IMG/VR virus record: IMGVR_UViG_3300027971_000001
Strand: one strand, 5' to 3'
DNA: 64,000 nt
From: a virus
Taxonomy: Duplodnaviria; Caudoviricetes
This document shows positions 8,827 to 19,468 of the stretch, piece after piece (position 1 is the first letter of the stretch; each line of letters starts with the position of its first letter). The position numbers and the translations under genes were made by a program. A model generated the notes under the pieces. It was given only the letters and a program-made list of their open reading frames with translations, did no database searches and was not told the origin of the DNA.

Positions 8827-11601
8827 TCATCTTGGATCTATGTAAATCACATGTTGTCCACTGGCAACATAGGTTATTGAGAAGATATTGATCCCATCTT
8901 GGGCTGTAATAGAGTCATTAATTGTTGTAAAATAATGTTGATTTGATCCGGAGAAGTCATAAACCAGAGTTCCGTATACATCTCTTAAGTTTAATTTTGT
9001 ATTACCTGCAGAAATAGTGAATATATTTGTGATTGTAGAATCACAAACAATAAATGAAGAAACAGTGCTGCTTACTGTCAATGGCTGAGATGCTGCATAA
9101 TAATAGTTAAAAAACTCAGAAGAAGATGATGAACAAACCAAACTGTTAAAATCTTTTTGATTGGCAACGATTGATGAAGATAGTGATATATGTCTGACAG
9201 TTTGTTCTTTTATTCTATCATTATAATTTCTATCATAAATGAATCCACAAGGTTTAAATGATAAGAAATTATCTAGAGCCAGAGTATTAAAAGATCTTTT
9301 AAATTTGTAATTGTTAAGAATTGGTATGCCATTTTTATTGTAACTTTTTACCAATATACCCATTACCTGAGATTCATGACTAATGTTCATCAAACTTCTG
9401 TCATTCAATGAAAGATTGAAGTTTTCCGAACTTAAATTAACAATAAAAGAGCTTAAGCTTTGAATGTTTTCAATTATTGGATAAATTTTTGTAAAATTTA
9501 AACTTTGAATATTTGCTGCAAAAACTTTTGGATAAACTATTTTTTTGCTTGTGGATGAATTTTCCTGAAACAATGTTAAAAATGATAGAAATATATTATT
9601 ACTTTCATCATCATACCAAAAATTTGAATAATTTTCTATGTTAGAATCTGTATTATATTTCTTAAAGTATGTGTTTTTTGTATAAAAACCATTAAATGTG
9701 TTTGTGTCAAAATCAAAATTAATTTTGTCTAATACAATATAATTGGATGTTTCCAAAACAATTGTATTAAAAATCAATTCCATATCTATGATGGAATTTT
9801 CAAGTTCGTTTCTGACTATTGTTGGATATTTTATGAAAATTCCACTTAGAGCAGAACTTAAAGGTAAAACTTTCGTATCATCGTAGGATCTTACAAAAAC
9901 TTGTCCGGGTTGGAAATTCTGTTTCGCATAAAGAGAACATAACGAAGATGTGTTAGTGTCATACAATGATGTTGCTGATGGAAAACGAACATATGTTGAA
10001 ACTGCAGAATAACTATTTGTTAATGAATTTTTAAATAATCCATAATGATTACCAAAAATATCAGTTTTATATTTTGTTAGTATTCCTTTATTATAAAGAA
10101 GATATTTTTTTCTTTCATCCAATGGATAATAATCATCACCAGAGAATTCAAAAACGTCTCTGTTTCTCCAAATAATATTATCATTCCAAAAATCTTGATA
10201 GTCTGTTACTCTAGAAACGCCTTCATCACTATCTTCAGATATTTCAGTTTTTCCTGTATAAGCAAAGAATTTGTGAATTTTTGGTTCGGAATATATTTTT
10301 CCAAATGCATAATCATTAGACCAATCATAACGATTCCATTGCAAATCAACTTGATAATCTATTCCGCTTAATGTTTGATCGGATAGTGACAATCCAGAAG
10401 CGTTTGAGCCAACTTCAGGATCTGGAATTAAAATAACTTCTCCTGCAGACAAAAATCTAGAAAATGAATATTCTTTTTTATATGTGTTCCAGAATAAAAT
10501 TCCTAGATTATCTTTTGTGAAAAAGTTACCAAGATATTTTTCACGTTGAGCATATGTAATTTCAGGTGTATGTGCGACTGTTGGAAATCTTCTGTTTAAA
10601 ATATTTTGATATGGATATGTGGGAATCAATACATAACTGCTCAAAGGACTGAGAAGATATTGCCCTGATAATCCGACGAGTTTATTTCCCAAATTTCTTT
10701 CATACAATTTTTTATATTCATAAACATTTGTATTGGTCGGATCAGAATTATTATCATAATTTTGAAAGTCTCTAGAATCCAAATAAGAATAATTTGTTGT
10801 AGAAAGATTGAAATTTACAGTAAAATTAGTCAATCCCAGTTCTTTTAAAAAGAAAGGATATGATTCAATCGCTTCGATAATAGCAGCGTTAAGATTAAAA
10901 ATAGAAGTATCATCCACCAATGTGGAGTCTAAATTGAAAAATTCTTTTCGTTCAGGGTCTTGAACATCATAGGATTCATACTTAGATCCTGGTTCAATAT
11001 CAAAATAATACTGTTGTGTGTCATATGCATCATTGATTTGCACGTGAAAATCAGAAAGAACGGATGAAAGAGCAGGCAAACGAACACCAGTGGGTTCAAA
11101 ATCATTGTTTTGAAGTATGGAAACAATTGCTTTTTTAATTAATGTTTCAATTCCAAAATCACTTCCACGCAGATTTGATTGAATAACACCAGTGGTTAAT
11201 GTATCTCTTTTTTGTGCATAATATTGGCATATTTTTTTGATTTTTTTGGTAAAGAAAGGAATTGCAATATCTAAAGATTGATTATCATCAAAATTAATAT
11301 TAGATAAAAATCTTTTTTCGTCGGGAGTTGTATATTTTAAGCTTATTTCTTTTAATAAATTTATATATTGTAAACGGACAAAAGAAGTTTTATCAGATCT
11401 TGAAACATTATAATAATCAAACCATTCGTTTAGATATTTGTTATAAGATGAAATGTAACTGGCAGTATCTGTGCTTGAAATTTTTAGATTTTTAAGCCAA
11501 TCTATTAAACTATATGCTTGAGAAAAATCTCCTGGAACATCAGTATTGTCAGGATTTAATACTGAGTTGTATGGGATATAATTTTGTAAATTTGTCTCCA
11601 T
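8827..11601 (-). CDS. Large hypothetical virion structural (baseplate-associated) protein
   Basis: 924-aa ORF co-oriented within the baseplate operon; Ser/Asn/Tyr-rich; no recognised family motif. Confidence 0.45.
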   Translation of the reverse strand: METNLQNYIPYNSVLNPDNTDVPGDFSQAYSLIDWLKNLKISSTDTASYISSYNKYLNEWFDYYNVSRSDKTSFVRLQYINLLKEISLKYTTPDEKRFLSNINFDDNQSLDIAIPFFTKKIKKICQYYAQKRDTLTTGVIQSNLRGSDFGIETLIKKAIVSILQNNDFEPTGVRLPALSSVLSDFHVQINDAYDTQQYYFDIEPGSKYESYDVQDPERKEFFNLDSTLVDDTSIFNLNAAIIEAIESYPFFLKELGLTNFTVNFNLSTTNYSYLDSRDFQNYDNNSDPTNTNVYEYKKLYERNLGNKLVGLSGQYLLSPLSSYVLIPTYPYQNILNRRFPTVAHTPEITYAQREKYLGNFFTKDNLGILFWNTYKKEYSFSRFLSAGEVILIPDPEVGSNASGLSLSDQTLSGIDYQVDLQWNRYDWSNDYAFGKIYSEPKIHKFFAYTGKTEISEDSDEGVSRVTDYQDFWNDNIIWRNRDVFEFSGDDYYPLDERKKYLLYNKGILTKYKTDIFGNHYGLFKNSLTNSYSAVSTYVRFPSATSLYDTNTSSLCSLYAKQNFQPGQVFVRSYDDTKVLPLSSALSGIFIKYPTIVRNELENSIIDMELIFNTIVLETSNYIVLDKINFDFDTNTFNGFYTKNTYFKKYNTDSNIENYSNFWYDDESNNIFLSFLTLFQENSSTSKKIVYPKVFAANIQSLNFTKIYPIIENIQSLSSFIVNLSSENFNLSLNDRSLMNISHESQVMGILVKSYNKNGIPILNNYKFKRSFNTLALDNFLSFKPCGFIYDRNYNDRIKEQTVRHISLSSSIVANQKDFNSLVCSSSSSEFFNYYYAASQPLTVSSTVSSFIVCDSTITNIFTISAGNTKLNLRDVYGTLVYDFSGSNQHYFTTINDSITAQDGINIFSITYVASGQHVIYIDPR

Positions 11602-11605
11602 AAAA

Positions 11606-14600
11606 TTAATTACCCGAACTTAGCAGTCCTAATCCTAATGATAATTGATAATTTATAAGATTATCTGCTATATTATTTGTATCAAACCAATCAGAATATG
11701 TGCTGATTGTTTGAGAAACTGTTGTTTTTTCACTATCCCAATCAATTAAATTATTATAAAATAAATTATTATTACCTTCATTATATTCAAAAACATCATA
11801 ATAACGTGAAACTTCAATTCCTCCGGTAACATCATCACCCAGAACAAGTGGCCATCCCCATGAAGTATTCACATCACTAAGATGAACAACCTGTGTTGAA
11901 CCGGATAAAAATCCATTTTGGGAAACACCATAATTTGTCAATATGCCATCAGAATAAACTTCACCGAATTTTTCATATAAAACAACTTTACCAGATGTAG
12001 GAACAGTTGAAGTGCTCCAGCTTAATTGTTTTCCAAGATTTTTTCCATAGTTAGGATTGGAAATGGTTTGTTTTTTGTCATAATTTGAATCAAAAAGATT
12101 TGGAGAACCTCTGAAGTAAGAAAGTTTCGTTCCAAGCAAATTAACTAATCTTTGCATATCTGGAGGAAATGGAAAATTATAATTTTGTAAATCCACACCT
12201 ATGAGTGATTCCATGCTTTGTAATGCTTCTAGTTCATTTGCATCCAAATCTGCATTATTTGAAACAAAGTTTGCTATTTTTTCATAGATTCTTTTACCCA
12301 AAGAATTTATAGCACTGTTTTTATTACCAACTATGGGCCCTAAAAATTGATCGAAAAGAACATTTTTGTTTAAAAGAGATTCTTGAAGCACGTATGATTT
12401 GATATTTCCTATAGCATCAAAATTTTCATTTATTTTAGCTAAACCATATCCACCACTAACAGGGTAAATGTTAAACGTGTTGCTTTGACCAGTAACTGTT
12501 CTTGTTCTTGTATTATAATAATATTTGTTTATCCACCGCATTCCTGTCCAATCACCATAAGCCCTTAAATTAGAAGGATCGACATCATCAGTGTTAATTC
12601 TGTTTACATCCACTGTGTTTAAAACTGTAAAAGAATTCAAAGGATACAAATACACACGTCGATCAAAATTATGAACAACCCACAGAATATTTTCAGTATC
12701 ACAAGCAATTGCATTTATACTTTGATATTCTGTTGTAAGATTTGTTCCACTTCCAACAGAAAATGTAGTGGTATCAGTTCCTGTTTTTACACGTAAAATA
12801 TCTTGTTTATTATAAGAAGCATATATATTCTGATCTTTATCAACAGCTAATGGTCCCAAACCGCTATAACCACTTAAAGGATAATTTTCCGAAAGATTAC
12901 CGGAATTGGATTCATATTTATAAAGAAAATCATTACGGTTGGTAATACTTGAATTGTTATTCAAATATGTCATCACAGTCATATAGAGATTATTATCTCG
13001 ATCTATTAACAATTGTTGCGGGCTGAATAATGTTGGGTATTCTTTTGCCCCTAAAAAGTTTCCATTTGGATCGTATTTGATTAGATATCCTTTTAAAGGA
13101 TTTGAATATGCTACCCAAATATTACTATCTAAATCTGTTTCAATGCATGATGGTAAAATAGTAGATTCATCAGCATAAATGCCACTCAAAGGACCGAAAC
13201 CGTAATTTAAAAATGATTCTATGGTAATTCCAGAAAATGCATCTATAGGTTCTCCACTAAATGAATGTAAAATTGAAAAATCAACATTAGGATATGTTGG
13301 ATAAGCTTCAGCATCAATATAACCTGTATCCCTTTGAATTCTTAAGCAAGAACCAGCTGTATATAATGTTACCCAAGCATTTGCCTGTCCGTCTAATGCG
13401 ATAGAAGAAGGTGTTGCACCTGAAAGAGATCCTTGGAAATTTTGATATATGACATTTCCATCTGGGTAAATTCTGGGTGCATTAGATAGATCTATATCAA
13501 AAATAATCTGCCCATTTTTCTTTAATTTTAAGATTCTATCCCGATCAGAATCTGCAAACCAAACAGCATCATCTTCAGAAGGACTTACTGCTATTGCAAA
13601 AGGATTTTTGAGGATTCCTGCAAAAACTGTAGGAGACGATTTTGTACCTGTTAATTGAAGAGAAATAGTTTCCTTACATGCATCATATTCCCTGAATTTA
13701 TTATATCTATAAATATTGGATGCAATATCTGCATTTGATGTTATTGAAATAGAATAAGAATCCAAACCTTGTCCCAACCAAGCATAAGGTGAATCTTTGG
13801 CAAAATATGCAGGATCATAAATTTTTACAGATGCAGTTAATGCCACATTTTCAACCGCATAAGGACTGTTCAAATAACCGGCATAAAATCCACCTGTTCG
13901 ATTTATATTTTTTATATTATTATTTTTGTAAAAATGTATTCCATCAATTACTTTTTGGGAACATACTGAAATTAAATCACATGTTAAATCAAAATAATCT
14001 GTGGATCTGTTAAAATTTAAAAGAGGGTATTGTTTGGTAGTATAATTTTGATTGTCTTTTAACTTAATGAAAAATGAAATTGGGTAATTTTGCCATTTTA
14101 TTTTATTAATATAAAATGATTCATCTGTATAGCCTTCTCCGTCAATTCCATTTGATGTAATGCTTAATGTTTGTGCTGGATTATATCTGATTTTAACTGG
14201 TGTTACGAGTGATGAATAATTTATATAAGGAAGTTTTGAAAAATTTTCTGTATAATTTGAATTTGGAATTTCATTTCTGGAAGGAAATAATGAGAGATCC
14301 AATGAGGCATAAAGAAAAATAGGCGTTTCAGATGTTAGATTTTTAGGATATTGATCAACATAGTAAATGGTTGTTGTTCCACTTGTTCCTGCCAACATCG
14401 ATCCTTCATATGGATATGATGATTCAACTATTTGATTGTTGGATATATAAACATAGATTGGATCAGCAGTTGTTACAGCTGAACTTAAGATGCCAAATCG
14501 GTTTCCAACTTTTTCAACAAAAAAGAAATAAGATTGTAAATGTGCCCATGGATCTTTTACATAATTTTCAAGTTGAAGATAATCCGATTTGCTTCCGCTT

Positions 14601-15052
14601 GCATAAAAATTAATTGTATATCCTGTGGCAGAGACGGTGGGAAGTGATTGCCAAGAATTATATCGTACTATTTCAATAGGATCAGAAACCTGTCCACTGT
14701 TATATGAAGCTATTTTTTCATCATTCAAATAATTAGAATGAATAAAGTCACCTACATAATTAACCGCAGTTACTTGAAAGGTTCGACATGCTTGAACTGT
14801 GTTTCCTGCACTAGTATATCCATAAAATGTGACATCATATACACCGGGCCATGTATAAGAGTGATTTGTACTTAAACTTGTGGAAATTGTCCCGTCCCCA
14901 AAATTCCAAAGACCCTTTTGATCGCTTAAGGAAAGATTATTTGAAGATAGCGATGCAACAAAAGTAAATGGGGTGACATCAAGAGTATAGGTGCTTAATG
15001 ACTCCAAACCTGTGAAGTTTGTTACACTTATGTTTATATAGGTGCATGTCAT
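11606..15052 (-). CDS. Putative baseplate wedge/fibre protein: PKD domain, Vgb/NHL-like beta-propeller and C-terminal P2 gpI/gp7-like region
   Basis: WNFGDGTISTSLSTNHSYTWPGVYDVTF is a PKD signature; repeated IAVSP...VWFADS, IALDGQANAWV, IETDLDSNIWV blades; directly downstream of gp6, where gp7-like wedges occur. Confidence 0.65.
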   Translation of the reverse strand: MTCTYINISVTNFTGLESLSTYTLDVTPFTFVASLSSNNLSLSDQKGLWNFGDGTISTSLSTNHSYTWPGVYDVTFYGYTSAGNTVQACRTFQVTAVNYVGDFIHSNYLNDEKIASYNSGQVSDPIEIVRYNSWQSLPTVSATGYTINFYASGSKSDYLQLENYVKDPWAHLQSYFFFVEKVGNRFGILSSAVTTADPIYVYISNNQIVESSYPYEGSMLAGTSGTTTIYYVDQYPKNLTSETPIFLYASLDLSLFPSRNEIPNSNYTENFSKLPYINYSSLVTPVKIRYNPAQTLSITSNGIDGEGYTDESFYINKIKWQNYPISFFIKLKDNQNYTTKQYPLLNFNRSTDYFDLTCDLISVCSQKVIDGIHFYKNNNIKNINRTGGFYAGYLNSPYAVENVALTASVKIYDPAYFAKDSPYAWLGQGLDSYSISITSNADIASNIYRYNKFREYDACKETISLQLTGTKSSPTVFAGILKNPFAIAVSPSEDDAVWFADSDRDRILKLKKNGQIIFDIDLSNAPRIYPDGNVIYQNFQGSLSGATPSSIALDGQANAWVTLYTAGSCLRIQRDTGYIDAEAYPTYPNVDFSILHSFSGEPIDAFSGITIESFLNYGFGPLSGIYADESTILPSCIETDLDSNIWVAYSNPLKGYLIKYDPNGNFLGAKEYPTLFSPQQLLIDRDNNLYMTVMTYLNNNSSITNRNDFLYKYESNSGNLSENYPLSGYSGLGPLAVDKDQNIYASYNKQDILRVKTGTDTTTFSVGSGTNLTTEYQSINAIACDTENILWVVHNFDRRVYLYPLNSFTVLNTVDVNRINTDDVDPSNLRAYGDWTGMRWINKYYYNTRTRTVTGQSNTFNIYPVSGGYGLAKINENFDAIGNIKSYVLQESLLNKNVLFDQFLGPIVGNKNSAINSLGKRIYEKIANFVSNNADLDANELEALQSMESLIGVDLQNYNFPFPPDMQRLVNLLGTKLSYFRGSPNLFDSNYDKKQTISNPNYGKNLGKQLSWSTSTVPTSGKVVLYEKFGEVYSDGILTNYGVSQNGFLSGSTQVVHLSDVNTSWGWPLVLGDDVTGGIEVSRYYDVFEYNEGNNNLFYNNLIDWDSEKTTVSQTISTYSDWFDTNNIADNLINYQLSLGLGLLSSGN

Positions 15053-15060
15053 ATGCCATG

Positions 15061-16899
15061 TTATACTGTCTCAACGACAACTTCTATTCTTTCCAGGAAA
15101 TTATCCCTGTCGTAAAGATAAGGAAATTGGAAATAATCCATATTTAAATTCTGTGTAGAAACATTAATATCTTCTTTGTCATATACACTATTCCAATAAA
15201 GAATGCTTATTCCATCAGCTTGTAGGACTCGACCATCATCAGTCACACGTTTTGTATAGAAATTTTTAACTCCAGTAACTTCTGAAATAGAATTGTTTAG
15301 CTTAGTTAAATCTACTGTTTGTTGTAATTTAATATTGTTCGAATCAAAATAATTTTGGAATATCTTTGCCACCACACTTTTGATTTCATCGTCATTTGTT
15401 CGTGAATCCATTCTTTTAACTATTACCAATTTGGTTTGTTTATAAATTTCCTTATCAAGAATTTCAACAGGTAGAGAAATTCCCAAATTAAAAGCCATAT
15501 AAACTGGATCACTATAAATAACTTCTGAAGAAGTTAATTTGATTGGATCGACATAAGATTCAATATATTGTTTTTGTGAATCTGTGACAAAATTATTGTT
15601 TACTTTTATTGAATTGCTCTTTTGTAATTTTGGAACCATATAACAATATACATTGTTAAAATTACATGTATCTGCAAATGTTACCTGATTATACAAAACT
15701 CGACTTTCCAATGAAGGATATTTTAATCCAATATTATACAAATATTTCATATGCCCATTCAAATAATCCTTATTATTCACAACTTGAACATCATGAATAA
15801 TATTTTTGAAGGTGTTTGAGATATAACTTTTAAAATCTGATGCAGTTATGAGACGATATTGACGTTTGAATGTATTTGGAGCATTATCCCTTATATTATC
15901 AACAGTTTCAGGTTCGCCAAATATTGTGGATGGATCTGTATTTGAAAATGAAATAAACCCAAACTGGGTTGTTGTCATGTAATTAATATTTTCATTTTTG
16001 GTATCATTTGTTACATCAGCATAATTCAAACTGCTGTAAGGAAACAAACTGTTACCATTCAATGCACCAACACCTATTTCTCCAGGTGTGCCATCGCTTT
16101 TCAAATAATAAATCAAGACTTCATCGCCACTATTGAGTTTTTTTCCTGTGACATCATTACCAAATTTTATTTCATAACGTCCATTTTCATTAAACCGAAG
16201 TTCATAAACTTTATCTTGATTTTCATTCAAGAATAAATTAGGCACCTGTGTCCAAAGAGACCATTTTTGACTAACCTTATCTTTTACATAAACATTCATG
16301 GTGAAGTGATCCACAAAAGGAGGATTTCCATCCTGATCAACCAAAACAACTCGTACCAATTCATATGGCTCACCAATTGCCGTATATATTGGATATTCAA
16401 CAAATCTTCCTTGGTAAAGAAGGTTATTTTTAGCTAATTGTTCGAGGGATACTCCTCTTGTTTCTGTTTTGGTAAAAGTAACATCCTCTTTGAATCCGTA
16501 ATGAATTCCGTTAACAATAAAATATGAATATCGAGGAATTGTATATGTTCCTATTGGTAAACTTTCACTTGCATTTGCTTGAAACGAAAGAACGCTTGTT
16601 TGATATCCTATCGGTTTATAATCGATAAGCTTAACAATACGATTCATGTTCTCATAAAGTTGTGCTTGAGTGAAAAGACTTTCGGATGATGTTTTGTTCA
16701 GATAAAACAACAGAACATGATAGCTATATGCAATAACATCCAAAAAGCTGTTAAAATTACTGCCTTCAAAAATTTGATCAGTAAACACACCTCCTCGGTT
16801 TAATTGATCTAACATCAAGCTTTTTAATGTTTGAGCATCAAATGCAGCATATGCATTTTGCTGCAATGGAAAATCTGTTTTTGAAATTTCGTTTGCCAT
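15061..16899 (-). CDS. gp6: Baseplate wedge subunit, T4 gp6-like (baseplate J family)
   Basis: FTDQIFEGSNFNSFLDVIAY...ESLFTQAQLYEN; YEIKFGNDVTGKK; ETVDNIRDNAP...QYRLITASDF are gp6/J motifs; follows gp25. Confidence 0.9.
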   Translation of the reverse strand: MANEISKTDFPLQQNAYAAFDAQTLKSLMLDQLNRGGVFTDQIFEGSNFNSFLDVIAYSYHVLLFYLNKTSSESLFTQAQLYENMNRIVKLIDYKPIGYQTSVLSFQANASESLPIGTYTIPRYSYFIVNGIHYGFKEDVTFTKTETRGVSLEQLAKNNLLYQGRFVEYPIYTAIGEPYELVRVVLVDQDGNPPFVDHFTMNVYVKDKVSQKWSLWTQVPNLFLNENQDKVYELRFNENGRYEIKFGNDVTGKKLNSGDEVLIYYLKSDGTPGEIGVGALNGNSLFPYSSLNYADVTNDTKNENINYMTTTQFGFISFSNTDPSTIFGEPETVDNIRDNAPNTFKRQYRLITASDFKSYISNTFKNIIHDVQVVNNKDYLNGHMKYLYNIGLKYPSLESRVLYNQVTFADTCNFNNVYCYMVPKLQKSNSIKVNNNFVTDSQKQYIESYVDPIKLTSSEVIYSDPVYMAFNLGISLPVEILDKEIYKQTKLVIVKRMDSRTNDDEIKSVVAKIFQNYFDSNNIKLQQTVDLTKLNNSISEVTGVKNFYTKRVTDDGRVLQADGISILYWNSVYDKEDINVSTQNLNMDYFQFPYLYDRDNFLERIEVVVETV

Positions 16900-16901
16900 A
16901 A

Positions 16902-17375
16902 TTAGATAAAGTAAAATCCGCTATCTTTTAAAACGCCTTTAATATTTACGTTTGAAAGATTAAGAGATGGTACATTGATCCTCATGTTTATTGTGTACTG
17001 ACTTTGATCGTAATCTACGTTCACATTTATATTTAAAATAGAAACTCGTGGTTCAAACAATTCTGTTCCTTCAAAAATAACTTTTCCTATCAATCTGGCA
17101 TTTGCTTCACTTAAATTTGTAAAAACAAATTGCATGAGATTTAAGCCATAAATGGGGTTAAGAATCTTTTGTCCTGGAAGGGTTGTAAAAAGGTTAAAAA
17201 GACTGTTTTTTATTGCATCCAAATCATAATCTGCCTTTAAATCCTTGATTTCCAGCTTTTTGGACAATTCCGTCCCACGGGTATAATTTTGTTCTAAATC
17301 AAACCGAATATCCTTATAAATGTGATCATCTATTTTGGGTGGTTGCTGTAAAAATGAAAGGTTAATAGATGCCAT
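16902..17375 (-). CDS. gp25: Baseplate wedge subunit, gp25-like
   Basis: AIKNSLFNLFTTLPGQKILNPIYGLNL...FEPRV matches the gp25/GPW family pattern. Confidence 0.9.
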   Translation of the reverse strand: MASINLSFLQQPPKIDDHIYKDIRFDLEQNYTRGTELSKKLEIKDLKADYDLDAIKNSLFNLFTTLPGQKILNPIYGLNLMQFVFTNLSEANARLIGKVIFEGTELFEPRVSILNINVNVDYDQSQYTINMRINVPSLNLSNVNIKGVLKDSGFYFI

Positions 17376-17423
17376 ATTTTATAAATATTTAATATAAAAG
17401 TTTGTTTTTAAGGATAAATATTC

Positions 17424-18035
17424 ATGATGAGAAAATTTACAAGTTTATACGAGTCATTCATTAGCCGATATACCCGTGGTGGATTCCTTACCGGGGATAT
17501 TGTTAAATTTAAAGAAGGTGCTTTGAAAAATGAATGGTTCAAAAAACAAGGTTCTTCCATCGTTGAAAAGGCAAAACAGTTTGCTGATAGCGGTCTGCAC
17601 ATGCGTGTAAGCTCTGTAAAAACCCTTCGCCCCAGCAGTCAGCCTGGATTTGTTGAAGGAAATAACGCAGATGACTTTTATTGTGATGTTACACTCGAAT
17701 TAGCTCCTGGATGTTATAAAGATTTCATGACTCTTCCTGCCGGAATTCTTGAATATAAAGATTATTATCCGAATCTTCCTGAAGTACCTGAAGGTTTGAA
17801 AAGGGATAATAATATCAATATCAAACCCAAAGAACTTGAAGAAGAAAAAGCCACAGCAGCTGCTATTCTCAACCCCACCTATCAAACATCTCAGACAGAT
17901 CGGGGCGATGGTAAAAATTCACCTTCCGAAATTGAATTAAAGAATACAAACGTAAAGATACCTTCCAAACCTGCTGAAGGTAGTAAGAATCCTAGTGTGG
18001 CTTCTTATACCTACGATTATCTTCCTAAGAGCTAA
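17424..18035 (+). CDS. Hypothetical protein, possibly head-associated
   Basis: 203-aa ORF; TAAATA 3 nt upstream; MMRKFTSLYESF leader resembles those of other putative internal proteins here. Confidence 0.5.
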   Translation: MMRKFTSLYESFISRYTRGGFLTGDIVKFKEGALKNEWFKKQGSSIVEKAKQFADSGLHMRVSSVKTLRPSSQPGFVEGNNADDFYCDVTLELAPGCYKDFMTLPAGILEYKDYYPNLPEVPEGLKRDNNINIKPKELEEEKATAAAILNPTYQTSQTDRGDGKNSPSEIELKNTNVKIPSKPAEGSKNPSVASYTYDYLPKS

Positions 18036-18960
18036 TAATATCCTGTAGTTTACAAACGCAGGAAGAAAAGTTTATTTCCTGATCCAATACCTGTTTACTC
18101 CTATACAGCGTTTCTGATAGTTCTAAAAAGCATTTCTTTTTCTTTACAATATCCATATCAGAATAGAAAATAACTTCGCATATTTTTTTGGTCAGACCAT
18201 AATAATCAGAATCAAAGTTCTTTTCATTTTCTATAATATATTTTCTTACTGTCACAAAATCTTCTTTTGATAGTTTATTGAGCAATCCGGATGCAACACT
18301 TTCAAGATTTTGTACATTATCATTCAAATTAAAAGATAAATCCAAAGATGCTTGAAGTTCAAATACAATTTTACGAATATCTGGATAAAACGCTTTTACT
18401 TTTTTTGTAAGAATATCTTTGTTTTTATCATTTATTTCTATCTTTTCATTTTTTAAAATATTAAGACATCTTTCCAAACATGTTTTAACAGGAGGATTGG
18501 AAATGTTTATTTCATAAACCCGGCTACGAATAGGATCAATTACTCTGTTAATATCATTACAAGTAAAAATGAAGCGGTTGGTTTCGGAATACTCTTCCAA
18601 CATGTTTCTCAAAGCTCGCATGGCATCTGCTGTAAACCCGTCAAACTCATCCAATATAACCACCTGAATAGACCCGTTACTGGGCATAAGTTGCAGGAAA
18701 TTTTTAATTTCATCCCGTACAGTATCGATTCCTCGGGTATCTGATGCATTAATATACAAATAATCGCAACCTAGTTCTTTGACTATGATTTTTGCCAATG
18801 AAGTTTTGCCCATCCCTTGTTTTCCATAAAGCAAAAGATGCGTGATTGTTTTCTTTTGTAAGCAATTTTTTATGAATTCCCTAGTTTTATCATCCAAAAC
18901 GATTTCTTCCAAATTTTGTGGCCGATATTTTTCCACCCATAGATTATTTGCAATATTCAT
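18025..18960 (-). CDS. gp44: Sliding-clamp loader ATPase subunit (T4 gp44 / RFC small-subunit family)
   Basis: LWVEKYRP, Walker A GKQGMGKT, YINASDTRGIDTVR, Walker B VILDEFD, and FIFTCN...IRSR. Confidence 0.93.
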   Translation of the reverse strand: MNIANNLWVEKYRPQNLEEIVLDDKTREFIKNCLQKKTITHLLLYGKQGMGKTSLAKIIVKELGCDYLYINASDTRGIDTVRDEIKNFLQLMPSNGSIQVVILDEFDGFTADAMRALRNMLEEYSETNRFIFTCNDINRVIDPIRSRVYEINISNPPVKTCLERCLNILKNEKIEINDKNKDILTKKVKAFYPDIRKIVFELQASLDLSFNLNDNVQNLESVASGLLNKLSKEDFVTVRKYIIENEKNFDSDYYGLTKKICEVIFYSDMDIVKKKKCFLELSETLYRSKQVLDQEINFSSCVCKLQDIISS

Positions 18961-18982
18961 ATTAGTTGTAAATATATATGTT

Positions 18983-19468
18983 ATGGATCAAAAAGTCGAA
19001 GTCAAGAATTTATTAGACCAGTTGAAGGATGTACAGGCATTGTCTGAATCGCCCAGACAACCCGAAATTAAACTGGAAAAAGACCAAGTTGAGGATTTTG
19101 TAATCCAGCAATCGTCTCGTTTGATAAAGGAAACAAATGAACTCATACTTTCAATGAAGGATTATATAGCCCACAGTCCTGAAAGCAAGGAAATACTAGC
19201 AATTTCTGAACTAATTAAAGCAAGTACAGCAGCAATAGACACTTTAAATAAAATTAATTTGAGTGAAAAGAAAAATCAAAATGCCAAAGAAATCAAAAAA
19301 ATGGATATTGAATCTAAAAAGGAACTTAAAAATACTGAAAATGAAAGTCGCATGACTTTTACACGGGAAGAAATTCTGAAACAATTGATGCAATCTTCTG
19401 TTTCAATTGAGAGTGTTACTGTTGATGCTAAGAAATCGGAACCGTATCCAAAGCTCGCCGGTTCGTAA
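18983..19468 (+). CDS. Possible terminase small subunit (gp16-like) or other helical hypothetical protein
   Basis: Start reassigned to ATG 18983 after TAAATA. Helical pattern AISELIKASTAAIDTLNKI...MTFTREEILKQL loosely resembles T4-like small terminases. Confidence 0.4.
   Translation: MDQKVEVKNLLDQLKDVQALSESPRQPEIKLEKDQVEDFVIQQSSRLIKETNELILSMKDYIAHSPESKEILAISELIKASTAAIDTLNKINLSEKKNQNAKEIKKMDIESKKELKNTENESRMTFTREEILKQLMQSSVSIESVTVDAKKSEPYPKLAGS

Noticed and set aside
18842-18982. N-terminal extensions in the ORF track (e.g. 18842, 29014, 38758, 55831, 6013)
   Set aside because: They overlap neighbouring genes or terminators; downstream starts with TAAATA or ATGA coupling fit better.
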